Shown here: positions 9,341 to 18,006 of the stretch, piece by piece
How the letters are laid out: each line of letters starts with the position of its first letter
How positions within the stretch are numbered: position 1 is the first letter of the stretch
DNA from: a virus
Length of the DNA stretch: 64,000 bases
Reading direction: 5' to 3' (one strand)
IMG/VR virus record: IMGVR_UViG_3300019766_000011
Span: 5,668 to 69,667 of that record
The notes under the pieces: generated by a model
Database searches by the model: none
Seen by the model: only the letters and a program-made list of their open reading frames with translations
What the model was told of the DNA's origin: nothing
Made by a program: the position numbers and the translations under genes

Positions 9341-10119
9341 AAGTAATTACGCTCCTTTTTGTATCTTTCCAACATTTGACCATACCCAGTTATACCTACT
9401 TCATTCATAAGCTCTCGCTTAATGTAATCAGCCTCAACCTTTTCAAAGTAGTGACCCTGACTCATAGTATTCATTTCTACAAAGATCTCGTAGTGCTCCT
9501 CTGAATAAGCCTTAGGCCATACTACTTTTTTATCTTTTTCTTCTAAAGGTTTACGGAATGTGTGTCCTTTAAACACTATAGTAATCACAGTACGATCCAT
9601 CCAACCTTGTGAGACTTCATGCTGCGTATAATAAAGAGCATTACCAGATAAGTTAAGTCGAATAGCTTCTGGCTCATTAATAATACGTGAAGCCATTTCA
9701 TATGCCATCTCCATAGACTTAACCTCACTAGGTAGATCTGCATTATATACTTCAGGTAAGCCATCACAGTAATAAGAGAATGCACATAACCAAGGCCTTG
9801 TATCGTCACGACTAGGCTGGTGTATCACACCACAATAACTATCAATATTACGAAACTCATAAACTTTATCTTCTACCCGTTCACGAATAACTTCACCAAC
9901 TAGGAACATACCGATCTTACCGTCACCACGAGCTTCATAAAACATAGCTTCTGCTAAACAATCAATACCTCGCTGTGCTTCCATACTCTCATGGAAAGAT
10001 TTAAAGTTATCAGCTTTACTATTACTAGCTCCTATGACAAGTAAAAGACCTAGCAGCACTAAAGCCCACCATGGTGTTTGTGGTTTATTTTTGTAATTAT
10101 AGAGTTTAGTTGAATTCAT
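9337..10119 (-). CDS. SleB/Hydrolase_2 family cell wall hydrolase
   Basis: Signal/TM segment then CLAEAMFYEARG, VGEVIRERV, CAFSYYCDG, GHTF; start moved to 10119. Confidence 0.85.
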   Translation of the reverse strand: MNSTKLYNYKNKPQTPWWALVLLGLLLVIGASNSKADNFKSFHESMEAQRGIDCLAEAMFYEARGDGKIGMFLVGEVIRERVEDKVYEFRNIDSYCGVIHQPSRDDTRPWLCAFSYYCDGLPEVYNADLPSEVKSMEMAYEMASRIINEPEAIRLNLSGNALYYTQHEVSQGWMDRTVITIVFKGHTFRKPLEEKDKKVVWPKAYSEEHYEIFVEMNTMSQGHYFEKVEADYIKRELMNEVGITGYGQMLERYKKERNYL

Positions 10120-10334
10120 TATTGAGTATTCTCCCCTAGAGTGCATAAATCGTGATGGTAGTGTTCCATAGCTTCCTTCCGATTGCAACGGTTAATTAAG
10201 TGTGCACATTTTTCACAATAATACTTACATGTGCTGTGATTATAGTATATAGCACTGCTAGACTTTTGGCAAGCAGTACGATTGCATTTACCACCAAATA
10301 CACCCTTACTTTCAGAAGGTTTTAAATTAGTCAT
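10119..10334 (-). CDS. small Cys-rich (Zn-binding) phage protein
   Basis: CNRTAC..YYCEKC. Confidence 0.65.
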   Translation of the reverse strand: MTNLKPSESKGVFGGKCNRTACQKSSSAIYYNHSTCKYYCEKCAHLINRCNRKEAMEHYHHDLCTLGENTQ

Positions 10335-10731
10335 TCACGTCATCCCAGTAGTCATCACTATACTGACAATCATCCCAATTATAATAAACATCTAAGCCAT
10401 CTAGACTTTCTTTATGTTTCTTAAGTAATCCACTTAACTCTAGATAAACTTGCCAGTTATTTGCTTGCTTCTCGGTTTTAAATAGACGGTTATAGTTATT
10501 CAGGTAGCCACCTTGTTTATAAACACCCATATCATTTAGACTGGAATCAGTAAACTTACTAAAGTCCCAAGAGAACGGATGCTTAACCCAATAACTTCTA
10601 TCCTGAATGAAGGGTTTAGAGATTACCTTTAACTTCTCTACACCACCTAGACCCGAACGCCATAGGGTCATACCTGATTTAATCTGATTAGCATGTGTAA
10701 TACGACCACGGACTTTATTAAGCTTTTTCAT
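10327..10731 (-). CDS. hypothetical phage protein
   Basis: ORF with AAGGAG SD. Confidence 0.65.
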   Translation of the reverse strand: MKKLNKVRGRITHANQIKSGMTLWRSGLGGVEKLKVISKPFIQDRSYWVKHPFSWDFSKFTDSSLNDMGVYKQGGYLNNYNRLFKTEKQANNWQVYLELSGLLKKHKESLDGLDVYYNWDDCQYSDDYWDDVND

Positions 10732-10740
10732 AATAACTCC

Positions 10741-11232
10741 TTATAAGAAACTGTTTGGATTAATTACTGAGATACCTTGTTCTGAACAATATACGTTAAA
10801 AGGTACGAGGTCGTCAACAACTAATTTAACTTTTAAGTCACCTTCCATTAAATTATCCAAAACACCTTTTTTAAATGCTGTTTGGTACTCTTTATAATTA
10901 GACTCATTCATTAACTTAGTAATCCCATCAGGTAGCATTACAAGTTCATTATAAGGCACTCCACGATCCTTCAAGTCGTATTCAGTCTGATCACGTATGA
11001 TATCACTACGAGAAGTTAAGATAACAATATAGGTAGTATCAGGTACTTCCAGAAGGAGATTAAGTATTGGTTCAATGGTTTCTTGTTCTGGAAAGTGATC
11101 AGCATACATCTCGAAATCAAAAGAACCATCTTCTCTTACACAAAGAGGACCCATTCCATCACACTTAATAAGTGAATCATCTATGTCACAGATTAAGATA
11201 TCAGTATATATTTGGTCAGTCATTATAAGCAC
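10741..11232 (-). CDS. HAD-family phosphatase (PNKP 3'-phosphatase-like)
   Basis: ICDIDDSL motif I, LTSR motif II, FKK, VVDD motif IV. Confidence 0.8.
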   Translation of the reverse strand: MLIMTDQIYTDILICDIDDSLIKCDGMGPLCVREDGSFDFEMYADHFPEQETIEPILNLLLEVPDTTYIVILTSRSDIIRDQTEYDLKDRGVPYNELVMLPDGITKLMNESNYKEYQTAFKKGVLDNLMEGDLKVKLVVDDLVPFNVYCSEQGISVINPNSFL

Positions 11233-11374
11233 TCCTCAGTACGATAAATTGGGATAAATAGGAACCAGTAAGTAGTGACACGATATAAAGCAGTAGACTT
11301 ATTACAGTCTAGATGACTCCTGAATATCTTCTTCTTTTTGGTAGTTTTAGTAATATTTAATATCATATTATCTC

Positions 11375-11719
11375 CTAATGGAAGTTAATCTCCCCTGATT
11401 TACTAACTGTACACTTAACTTCAGTCTTGTGCAACTCTTTTTGTAAAATTAATTCATTATGTAATTGTACCTCAGGACTACATAAATAAAGATGTTTAAA
11501 CTCTTCATGAGTCATTGGAGGTCTAGGTACTTCCTTCTCTAGATCATCCCATACAGATGAATAAAGATTAGTCGGTACTTTAGCAGCCATAAGCCCGACA
11601 TACCCTAAACTCTTTTTTAATCTTAAGGGTTTGTATCTTTTTTTATATTTATAAGGTTCAGCACCATAAGCTTCTGCTATTCTTTGACCTCTTGCATAAC
11701 TTTTCTTTTGTTTACTCAT
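11375..11719 (-). CDS. hypothetical basic protein
   Basis: ORF with AGGAG SD. Confidence 0.6.
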   Translation of the reverse strand: MSKQKKSYARGQRIAEAYGAEPYKYKKRYKPLRLKKSLGYVGLMAAKVPTNLYSSVWDDLEKEVPRPPMTHEEFKHLYLCSPEVQLHNELILQKELHKTEVKCTVSKSGEINFH

Positions 11720-11853
11720 TAGTACTTTCTCCTTTTTTCGAGGTCTTTAATTACCCACTTATTCAATATATAAAAGATAGATAAAGGAATCAAACCAATA
11801 GATAATATTACTAAACAAAATTGAATCTTTTCTGACATTTTAACTCCTCAATT

Positions 11854-12019
11854 ACCGGATGGGTTTTTGTAAAGAATGCAATACTAATCTATTAATCATA
11901 TCTGGTCAACAACCGGATAGGTTTTTGTAGAAAAATACCTCAACAACCGGATAGGTTTCTGTAAAGAAGAATGACCGGATGGGTTTTTGTAGAGATAATC
12001 AACCGGATGGGTTTCTGTA
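11854..12019 (+). repeat. five copies of 18-bp direct repeat ACCGGAT(G/A)GGTTT(T/C)TGTA
   Basis: Copies start at 11854, 11912, 11946, 11974, 12002. Confidence 0.95.
11881..11909 (-). promoter_or_regulatory. sigma70-like promoter driving the leftward replication arm
   Basis: Minus strand TTGACC-17-TAGTAT between repeat copies 1 and 2. Confidence 0.55.
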
Positions 12020-12048
12020 CAGCTGTATTTTTGTAGAGAATTACATCT

Positions 12049-12151
12049 AATGAGAATGATTCTCTTTTACAGTTAATGATTATCATTCTCATTATCAATT
12101 ACTAATAAGAATTATTCCTATTATCATTCTCAAATGTTAATGATTCTCATT
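12049..12151. promoter_or_regulatory. cluster of Fur-box-like sites
   Basis: Matches to AATGANAATNATTNTCATT at 12049 (1 mismatch), 12075 (1), 12104 (3), 12133 (1); 12072-12090 is 16/19 to GATAATGATAATCATTATC. Confidence 0.7.
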
Positions 12152-12404
12152 ACCAGAACGACAAGCAGGGCAGCCCCTAACGGAACTGCCCTAGAATGTG
12201 TGCCTTGCACTTGTTAAGCTTTTAAACTTAAGATTACATGCTATTACCTCTCTATGTTTGGTTAGTGTTAAATAAATGTCTTTCGACTAGGTAACCTATT
12301 TTAATGATTCCTTTTATTAATGCAAGTACTTTATTTAAAATAATTAACTTTAATTTACCTATAATAGCAGGATGAACAACTATTAAATTAATCACCTTTA
12401 ATAG

Positions 12405-12433
12405 TTGACCTAATTTAATAATAGGTTTAAGAT
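12405..12433 (+). promoter_or_regulatory. early sigma70 promoter
   Basis: TTGACC-17-TAAGAT upstream of the first island gene. Confidence 0.65.
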
Positions 12434-12472
12434 TTAATCTCACTCATTAGTTAAGTAAGCAAAGGTTGAATT

Positions 12473-12748
12473 ATGAAAACTAATTTACAGGTTTTAAAAG
12501 ATTTACTACTAAGCCACGACCTGAAACAAGGGAATACTTTTTCCCCTTGGCACCGTGAACCTATGAATTTATATTATCATGATTTAAAAGAAAATATACC
12601 AGCTGGGTTTTATTCCTTAAATGGTGTGTTATACTCAGTCAAATACACAAGCGGATTAAATGGCCGTGGCGGTATGGATCAAGGAACACCGCCTACAGTG
12701 GTAATCAAAGAAATTAAAAAAGTAACAAGTTTGGATAATGTAAAATGA
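12473..12748 (+). CDS. early hypothetical protein
   Basis: ORF downstream of promoter. Confidence 0.65.
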   Translation: MKTNLQVLKDLLLSHDLKQGNTFSPWHREPMNLYYHDLKENIPAGFYSLNGVLYSVKYTSGLNGRGGMDQGTPPTVVIKEIKKVTSLDNVK

Positions 12749-13164
12749 GTAAAATTATATATAAAGTTGAATTTGGAATAGTTCACAGTGAATTAGACAG
12801 TTATGAGAATGGCTGTGATGGTTCTTGTAATAGTCGCTTTATTGATCCTATTGTAATTAAAGCCGAATCATTAACAAGATTATTTGATATAGTGTCTAAA
12901 CAGTTCCGAATTAATAAAGATGATCTCCTAATTAATTCCTGTGATGAGCTTGGCCGATTAGATATTCAAACATATACAAAGACTCTCAATTCTTTAACAG
13001 ATCAATCTAAAAAGTTAAGGGAAGGTTGGGAAAATGGTGATTTTGATTTATATTTGAATAATATATCAGGTTATGTTAGTGTTGAGGCTTCAAACTTCGA
13101 CTTAGAAAAAGTTTTTAATAATGAACAAACGAAAGGATTAGAATCTAATGCAATCATCTTTTAA
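12745..13164 (+). CDS. early hypothetical protein
   Basis: ORF coupled by ATGA overlap. Confidence 0.7.
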   Translation: MSKIIYKVEFGIVHSELDSYENGCDGSCNSRFIDPIVIKAESLTRLFDIVSKQFRINKDDLLINSCDELGRLDIQTYTKTLNSLTDQSKKLREGWENGDFDLYLNNISGYVSVEASNFDLEKVFNNEQTKGLESNAIIF

Positions 13165-13324
13165 TAGTAACTTTGTACGCTCTGTAAAGCCACAACGTGA
13201 CCACAGCGAGGCGAAAGAAAAAAGCCTGAGCCGTAAACAGGCTAAAAAAGAACGTGATCTAAAACGCTCTTATGATACCCATCAAACTAATATAGAAAAT
13301 GATTATTTTAACTCTTATATTTGA
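13148..13324 (+). CDS. small early protein (58 aa, below ORF-track cutoff)
   Basis: MQSSFNSNFVRSVKPQRDHSEAKEKSLSRKQAKKERDLKRSY.., AAGGA SD. Confidence 0.55.
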   Translation: MQSSFNSNFVRSVKPQRDHSEAKEKSLSRKQAKKERDLKRSYDTHQTNIENDYFNSYI

Positions 13325-13331
13325 ATAAACC

Positions 13332-13360
13332 TTGCCCCTTTAATGGGGCTTTGCTAGTAT
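13332..13360 (+). promoter_or_regulatory. early sigma70 promoter containing a hairpin
   Basis: TTGCCC-17-TAGTAT with extended TG; gcccc-tttaat-ggggc in spacer. Confidence 0.55.
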
Positions 13361-13392
13361 AATATACTTAAAATCAACTAAAGGTTATTTTA

Positions 13393-13656
13393 ATGTTCTC
13401 TTTTAATAAATCACATATGAATTCAGCCGTTAAATCTAAATTATTAAAGGCTATAATATTAACTAAAAAATACGGGCATGTTAATCATGTACTAAATAAA
13501 AAAGGTTATGCTTTTCTAGCTGTACGCATTGCCCCTAGTGGTTTAATATCTGTTACAGATCAAAAAGGTAATAATGTTAAAAAACATTTACTTTCTTGGA
13601 GAAACACGGTAACCTTCAGAAACTTTATTCACAATAACTTATCAAACTTCTATTAA
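13393..13656 (+). CDS. early hypothetical protein
   Basis: ORF downstream of promoter. Confidence 0.6.
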   Translation: MFSFNKSHMNSAVKSKLLKAIILTKKYGHVNHVLNKKGYAFLAVRIAPSGLISVTDQKGNNVKKHLLSWRNTVTFRNFIHNNLSNFY

Positions 13657-13674
13657 ATAACGAGTGTACAGATA

Positions 13675-13950
13675 ATGCGTAAAATTGAATTAGAAATGTT
13701 ACAAGCTATTAACTTGAAAAATAATTGGTCAAAAGATAATACACAAGTTATTTTTGATAATGGCACCTCTAAAGTGTATTTACACGGTCACCATATAGCT
13801 AATATAAACCACTTAACAGGGTGTAAAGAGGCTAATAAAGAAACTTTAAAAGATTGGCCCACTAATACTACGAAAAGCCGACTTAGATCCCTAGGTTTAA
13901 ATGTATCTACTAAAAAAGGTGTAACCTATTTAAACGGTGAAAAGCTTTAA
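13675..13950 (+). CDS. early hypothetical protein (recurrent phage family)
   Basis: MRKIE..NWSKDNTQV..VYLHGHHIA..TNTTKSRL pattern recalled from other phage early genes. Confidence 0.7.
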   Translation: MRKIELEMLQAINLKNNWSKDNTQVIFDNGTSKVYLHGHHIANINHLTGCKEANKETLKDWPTNTTKSRLRSLGLNVSTKKGVTYLNGEKL

Positions 13951-14020
13951 TAGTTATTTACAACTGGCATTATTTAATAGATAATGCATTATCTCTAAAC
14001 AAATAAACAAACAAATAAGA

Positions 14021-14551
14021 GTGTTAATCATGAAAACTAAACAAACCAATATCAAAGCTAAATTACCTTTACTGCCTCAAGAAATTAAAAAAGGGGCATA
14101 TTGGCATGATAAGGAACATTTAAGTACTTACAAGATAATAGACAAGAAAACGGAAAAAACCATTATAGATTGCCGTGTTTCCTGTTCTAGAAGTCGTAAC
14201 TCTTCAAGCGTTTATTGTGATTTGTGGATATCTAATATTTTAAAGATACCTAAAAATGCGGATTATACTGTAACTATTCAAGGCGTAGGTTATGAGACAA
14301 CGTATAACACTACAGAGCTAAGCGGTCAAGGTGTAGCTGGTGGATATGGGTACGATAAAGAGTCTAGTGCCGTAGGTAGTGCTATCTCAGATTGTGGTGT
14401 AGAATTATACGGCTCACCATACCCTCACCACTCCGATAATCCTAATTTTAAGAAACGGGCTTATATTGGTGGTACTGGTTGTCATGAAAGTGCTTTGTTA
14501 GCCATTGCTTACACTTGTGGGTATAATAACTGTATTTTGGTAAAATCTTAA
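14021..14551 (+). CDS. early hypothetical protein
   Basis: Contains GxAGGYGYDKESSA motif recalled from phage early genes. Confidence 0.7.
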   Translation: MLIMKTKQTNIKAKLPLLPQEIKKGAYWHDKEHLSTYKIIDKKTEKTIIDCRVSCSRSRNSSSVYCDLWISNILKIPKNADYTVTIQGVGYETTYNTTELSGQGVAGGYGYDKESSAVGSAISDCGVELYGSPYPHHSDNPNFKKRAYIGGTGCHESALLAIAYTCGYNNCILVKS

Positions 14552-14569
14552 ACTAACATTAAATAAGTG

Positions 14570-14604
14570 TTGACACCTTGGCCGCTATTCTTTAAAATAG
14601 CGGC
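14570..14604 (+). promoter_or_regulatory. strong sigma70 promoter with 9-bp inverted repeat over -10
   Basis: TTGACA-17-TAAAAT; gccgctatt 14581-89 / aatagcggc 14596-604. Confidence 0.75.
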
Positions 14605-14634
14605 ATAACTTAAACAAATAACGGATCTAATTAT

Positions 14635-14781
14635 ATGTGCTCACTATTCAAATCTAAATCCACAAAGCGAAAAGAAGAAGCCTTGAAACGCTCCCGAACT
14701 CGTAAAGCATCTAAAAATAAAGCACAATCTAAAACTGTATATGATTGGTCAGAATTTAATAGTGATGTGAGTGCCAAATAA
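14635..14781 (+). CDS. small basic early protein (48 aa)
   Basis: MCSLFKSKSTKRKEEALKRSRTRKASKNK.. directly after the promoter. Confidence 0.5.
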   Translation: MCSLFKSKSTKRKEEALKRSRTRKASKNKAQSKTVYDWSEFNSDVSAK

Positions 14782-14902
14782 TGGAGAATACAGGTTTTAT
14801 TTATTGTATGACTCTGGCATTATTTGCCGTAACTATCCCTTTTCTTAAATAGGTTTAAAATCATGTTTAATACTAAGTGTAAAGAATGTTTATTTAATAT
14901 CA

Positions 14903-15214
14903 TTGGTCTTGGTTGTTTCTGTACTGTTTGTGTGTACACTATCACTGGCGGGCTTTAATTTGAGGGTTTTTAATAAACATAGGCATCAGCCCACGCTTTT
15001 GGGTGTTGTGTATACTTGGTCAGATAGTCAAGGGTATATATACAAAGCTGTAAGGGTGCGAGGGGGTCTTTACGAAATATTCCTAACAGAATCACAAAGC
15101 CATGATATCAATGAGCTTAAAAAGCATTGTGCTTACTCTCAGGGATACTTTAATGCTCCTTTAATAGGTAGTTTAATCGAATACTTCAAACAACTCGAAA
15201 AGGTAGGTCCTTAA
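14903..15214 (+). CDS. early hypothetical protein, N-terminal hydrophobic segment
   Basis: ORF; start uncertain. Confidence 0.5.
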   Translation: MVLVVSVLFVCTLSLAGFNLRVFNKHRHQPTLLGVVYTWSDSQGYIYKAVRVRGGLYEIFLTESQSHDINELKKHCAYSQGYFNAPLIGSLIEYFKQLEKVGP

Positions 15215-15216
15215 TA

Positions 15217-15531
15217 ATGAAAGCTCTAAAACGCTACGCATTCTATAATAAGATTATTAACCGTTTTAATTTCATAAGAATGCGTTTTATTTGTAAGCCA
15301 TTTGTAAAAGTGGTTTTTTGGAACCCTGAAAAAACGGGAACTTGTAACTATAATGATTTAATTGTTAAAGAAGACATAGAAAACTGCTCTTGGTCTACAG
15401 AGCTTGAATTATGTGTATGGATTACACCTATTCATAGAATCACTGAAATGTGTGAAAATGAGTATAGTGATACATGCTATCAATCCATAAAAAGTACTTG
15501 GTTGCCTTGGAAATTAAATAAATATAAATAG
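15217..15531 (+). CDS. early hypothetical protein
   Basis: ORF. Confidence 0.6.
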   Translation: MKALKRYAFYNKIINRFNFIRMRFICKPFVKVVFWNPEKTGTCNYNDLIVKEDIENCSWSTELELCVWITPIHRITEMCENEYSDTCYQSIKSTWLPWKLNKYK

Positions 15532-15534
15532 TTA

Positions 15535-15563
15535 TTGACTTTAATACTTATTAACTTTAATAT
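15535..15563 (+). promoter_or_regulatory. early sigma70 promoter
   Basis: TTGACT-17-TAATAT. Confidence 0.65.
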
Positions 15564-15595
15564 CTATATCACACTCACTTAATAAGATTAATCAA

Positions 15596-16039
15596 ATGAA
15601 AGCTACTTATTCTACACGCATGTTAAACCTTCACTTTAAACAGTGTGAGCATAACAAAGCAGAACAAGAAGTAATGAAGCGTAAATTATCCCGCAAAGGC
15701 TACACGGCGGGTTTAGTAAGTTCTGATAGTGTTGAGCGTGTTTGTAATTTCATGGCACCTATAGGGTATACGGTGGCCATGATCAAACAAGACTATAAGG
15801 ACACTAAAAAAACCCTTTCCCTCTTAACTGTTACAAATAGTGATGAACATTCGAGACTAGATAGAACCTTAAGAAATTGTAACAGCATTGAAAAGTTAGA
15901 AAGCCGTTTTAATGCATATAATTGGGACCCTTGCCTTATCATTGATTGTGGACAAATGCTAGTGATATCCACCTCTGATAATATCGAGTATATTGTGAGC
16001 TGGTCACATGGTGGAACATACACCGCAATGAGTTTCTAA
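15596..16039 (+). CDS. early hypothetical protein
   Basis: ORF downstream of promoter. Confidence 0.65.
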   Translation: MKATYSTRMLNLHFKQCEHNKAEQEVMKRKLSRKGYTAGLVSSDSVERVCNFMAPIGYTVAMIKQDYKDTKKTLSLLTVTNSDEHSRLDRTLRNCNSIEKLESRFNAYNWDPCLIIDCGQMLVISTSDNIEYIVSWSHGGTYTAMSF

Positions 16040-16060
16040 GGGTTAATATCATGGCTTTAT

Positions 16061-16357
16061 TTGAAGAAATTAAAGGGTAGATTTATGACTATTTTAGACG
16101 TAGTTTGTCAAGTGAGAATGTCTGTTAAGTATGAAGAGCCTTGCTTATTTTATAAAGGTGATTATGGTGAAACTATCTGTTTTTGCTTTTCTGAGAGCCA
16201 TAGTGAATGCGGTGATCATTTTAGGCTTAACTGTTGCAAACCGTTACCAGTTAAAGAACAAAAAGAATTCTTAGAAAAAGTGCAAAAATACTATGATTCT
16301 ATCCCGAGTGATGTTAAAATAAATTTAATCCTTAAACAAAACTTAAAGGTAGTGTGA
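16061..16357 (+). CDS. early hypothetical protein
   Basis: ORF; start may be ATG 16085. Confidence 0.55.
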   Translation: MKKLKGRFMTILDVVCQVRMSVKYEEPCLFYKGDYGETICFCFSESHSECGDHFRLNCCKPLPVKEQKEFLEKVQKYYDSIPSDVKINLILKQNLKVV

Positions 16358-16361
16358 AACT

Positions 16362-16670
16362 ATGGCATCCACTAAAAAAGGCTTAATTGATAAAGTATAC
16401 CTAGGTTATGAGAACGGGCCGCACTGGGCCTTATATGCTCACAATACAAAGGCTCACATAAAAACCTATGCTAGTTTTGAAGAATGTATTAATGACGTGT
16501 ATTCGCCAGAATTACAAGGGCATCGACCACCCACAAGTGGCGAAATCAGGTTCGGACATGGTGCTACGCATTATAAGAAGTTTGATATCTTAGATTGTGT
16601 TAAACCTTGTGGCACTATCAAAAAATGGATTAAATGCCCCTATGATGGGTTACGTTATAGCTTAGCATAG
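16362..16670 (+). CDS. early hypothetical protein
   Basis: RPPTSGEIRFGHGATHY..KKW..DGLRY pattern recalled from phage early genes. Confidence 0.7.
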   Translation: MASTKKGLIDKVYLGYENGPHWALYAHNTKAHIKTYASFEECINDVYSPELQGHRPPTSGEIRFGHGATHYKKFDILDCVKPCGTIKKWIKCPYDGLRYSLA

Positions 16671-16682
16671 GTTTAAAATTTA

Positions 16683-16764
16683 CGGCGGTTAGCTTAATGG
16701 GAAAGCAGTCCCACTCTTGAAAGATAGGGGGATCATTGCGGCTTCGATACCCGCACCGCCACCC
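16683..16764 (+). ncRNA. tRNA-like element with aberrant 16-nt anticodon loop (pseudo-tRNA)
   Basis: Acceptor cggcggt/accgcca, T8A9, D-arm gctt-aatggga-aagc, stem gtccc/gggat, T-arm gcggc-ttcgata-cccgc. Confidence 0.7.
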
Positions 16765-16992
16765 TTCAATAAGTAATAGGTACTAATATTATGAAAGTCG
16801 GTATATTTAACGCTAGTAATTACACATTAGCAGAAGCGATACAGCAAAATGCCATTAAATGGATTGATGCCCCCATGTGGTCTAGATGCATCTAGTTCCT
16901 TAATAGCGCCAATTGTGCACGCTTGTGCAAATCATGATATTGGTGTTATACATAATGACAAAATTACAATCTTTAGTGGTAAGGGTTAAAAT

Positions 16993-17400
16993 ATGCTAAC
17001 AATTAACGCGGCATTGTATGATAGGATATGTAGACTAGAATGGTATTTAATTCGACTAAATAAGCCCTGTATGCCTGTTACCGTTGAAGTAGAAATAAAA
17101 GGGTTTCCCATAGATGAACTAGCTAGGGTCATGTTAGATAATCCTGATGGGGTTTTTACTTCTGTAGTATATAGTGATGGGGAAGAAGTGGATATCTATT
17201 TCAGGTATAAAAGGCCAGCAAATAACCTAGAAATTGAAAAATACTTGAACGATAACCTAAACGGTGTTAAGTATACCTTAGATCTTATTAGTAAACAGAT
17301 AAACCGTAACATGATGGACAAAGTATCACTTTCTAGGTGGATAGATAGAAAATACCAGTCTAGTGGTGTTATCGCTCAAAACCTCTTAAAGTTGTTGTAA
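16993..17400 (+). CDS. early hypothetical protein
   Basis: ORF, last of island; followed by hairpin aaccc-ttaatt-gggtt. Confidence 0.6.
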   Translation: MLTINAALYDRICRLEWYLIRLNKPCMPVTVEVEIKGFPIDELARVMLDNPDGVFTSVVYSDGEEVDIYFRYKRPANNLEIEKYLNDNLNGVKYTLDLISKQINRNMMDKVSLSRWIDRKYQSSGVIAQNLLKLL

Positions 17401-17441
17401 TTCTAGAACCCTTAATTGGGTTTTGTACCTACCACTACCTA

Positions 17442-17606
17442 GATGATAACCATTCTCATTTGTATAAAGTTTAATCAATTATCACAAACCATATAATAAT
17501 CAACCAAACCTTAAACGCCCTGTAAGCCCCTGTACTAAACGCAAAATTTAAACCCTTGCCCTACTACTCTAAAACCCCAAACTCCCTAATAAGAACCATT
17601 CTCACC
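17442..17606. promoter_or_regulatory. two Fur-box-like sites
   Basis: gatgataaccattctcatt 17442 (2 mismatches), aataagaaccattctcacc 17588 (4). Confidence 0.45.
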
Positions 17607-17803
17607 TATCCCTGAAGCAATCCCCATGCCAACATATACACCCATTATCAAACCCACATCAAAATATAATTGAACTGGGACAATTCCCCATAAATAAACC
17701 TTAACCACAATATACCCTTTCTCTTAATAGTGAATAAGTGAGCGTTAGCGAACGAATGAACGTTCTCTTTAATTCCTATTAATATTATAAGTATAATTAT
17801 CTA

Positions 17804-17990
17804 TCCCCCCACTTCCCCCTCTCCCTATCCTTAACCCTTCCCCATTCCCAACCCCTTTTTGGGTATCCCTATCCCCTTTCCCTATCCCCTTTTCCCAGTT
17901 CTTCAGGTAGCTAGGGGCTGTGCTGTCTCTCTCTCGTTCTCTCTTCTTCTCCCTTTTCCTGTCCCTCTCCTTTTCTCCTTTCCCCCCCCT
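17804..17990 (+). repeat. low-complexity polypyrimidine tract (G-runs on minus strand)
   Basis: Repeated cccctt/ccctat units, almost no G on the plus strand. Confidence 0.9.
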
Positions 17991-18006
17991 TAGTGTACAG
18001 TTTAAG
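17985..18006 (+). repeat. 22-bp element CCCCCTTAGTGTACAGTTTAAG, copy 1
   Basis: Identical to 24772..24793. Confidence 0.95.

Noticed and set aside
11854-12019. CRISPR mini-array
   Set aside because: Repeats are 18 bp with 10-40 bp irregular gaps that partly repeat (tcaaca); not palindromic; no cas genes in the window.
16683-16764. Functional decoding tRNA
   Set aside because: No 7-nt anticodon loop and a T-stem mismatch; kept only as a tRNA-like element.
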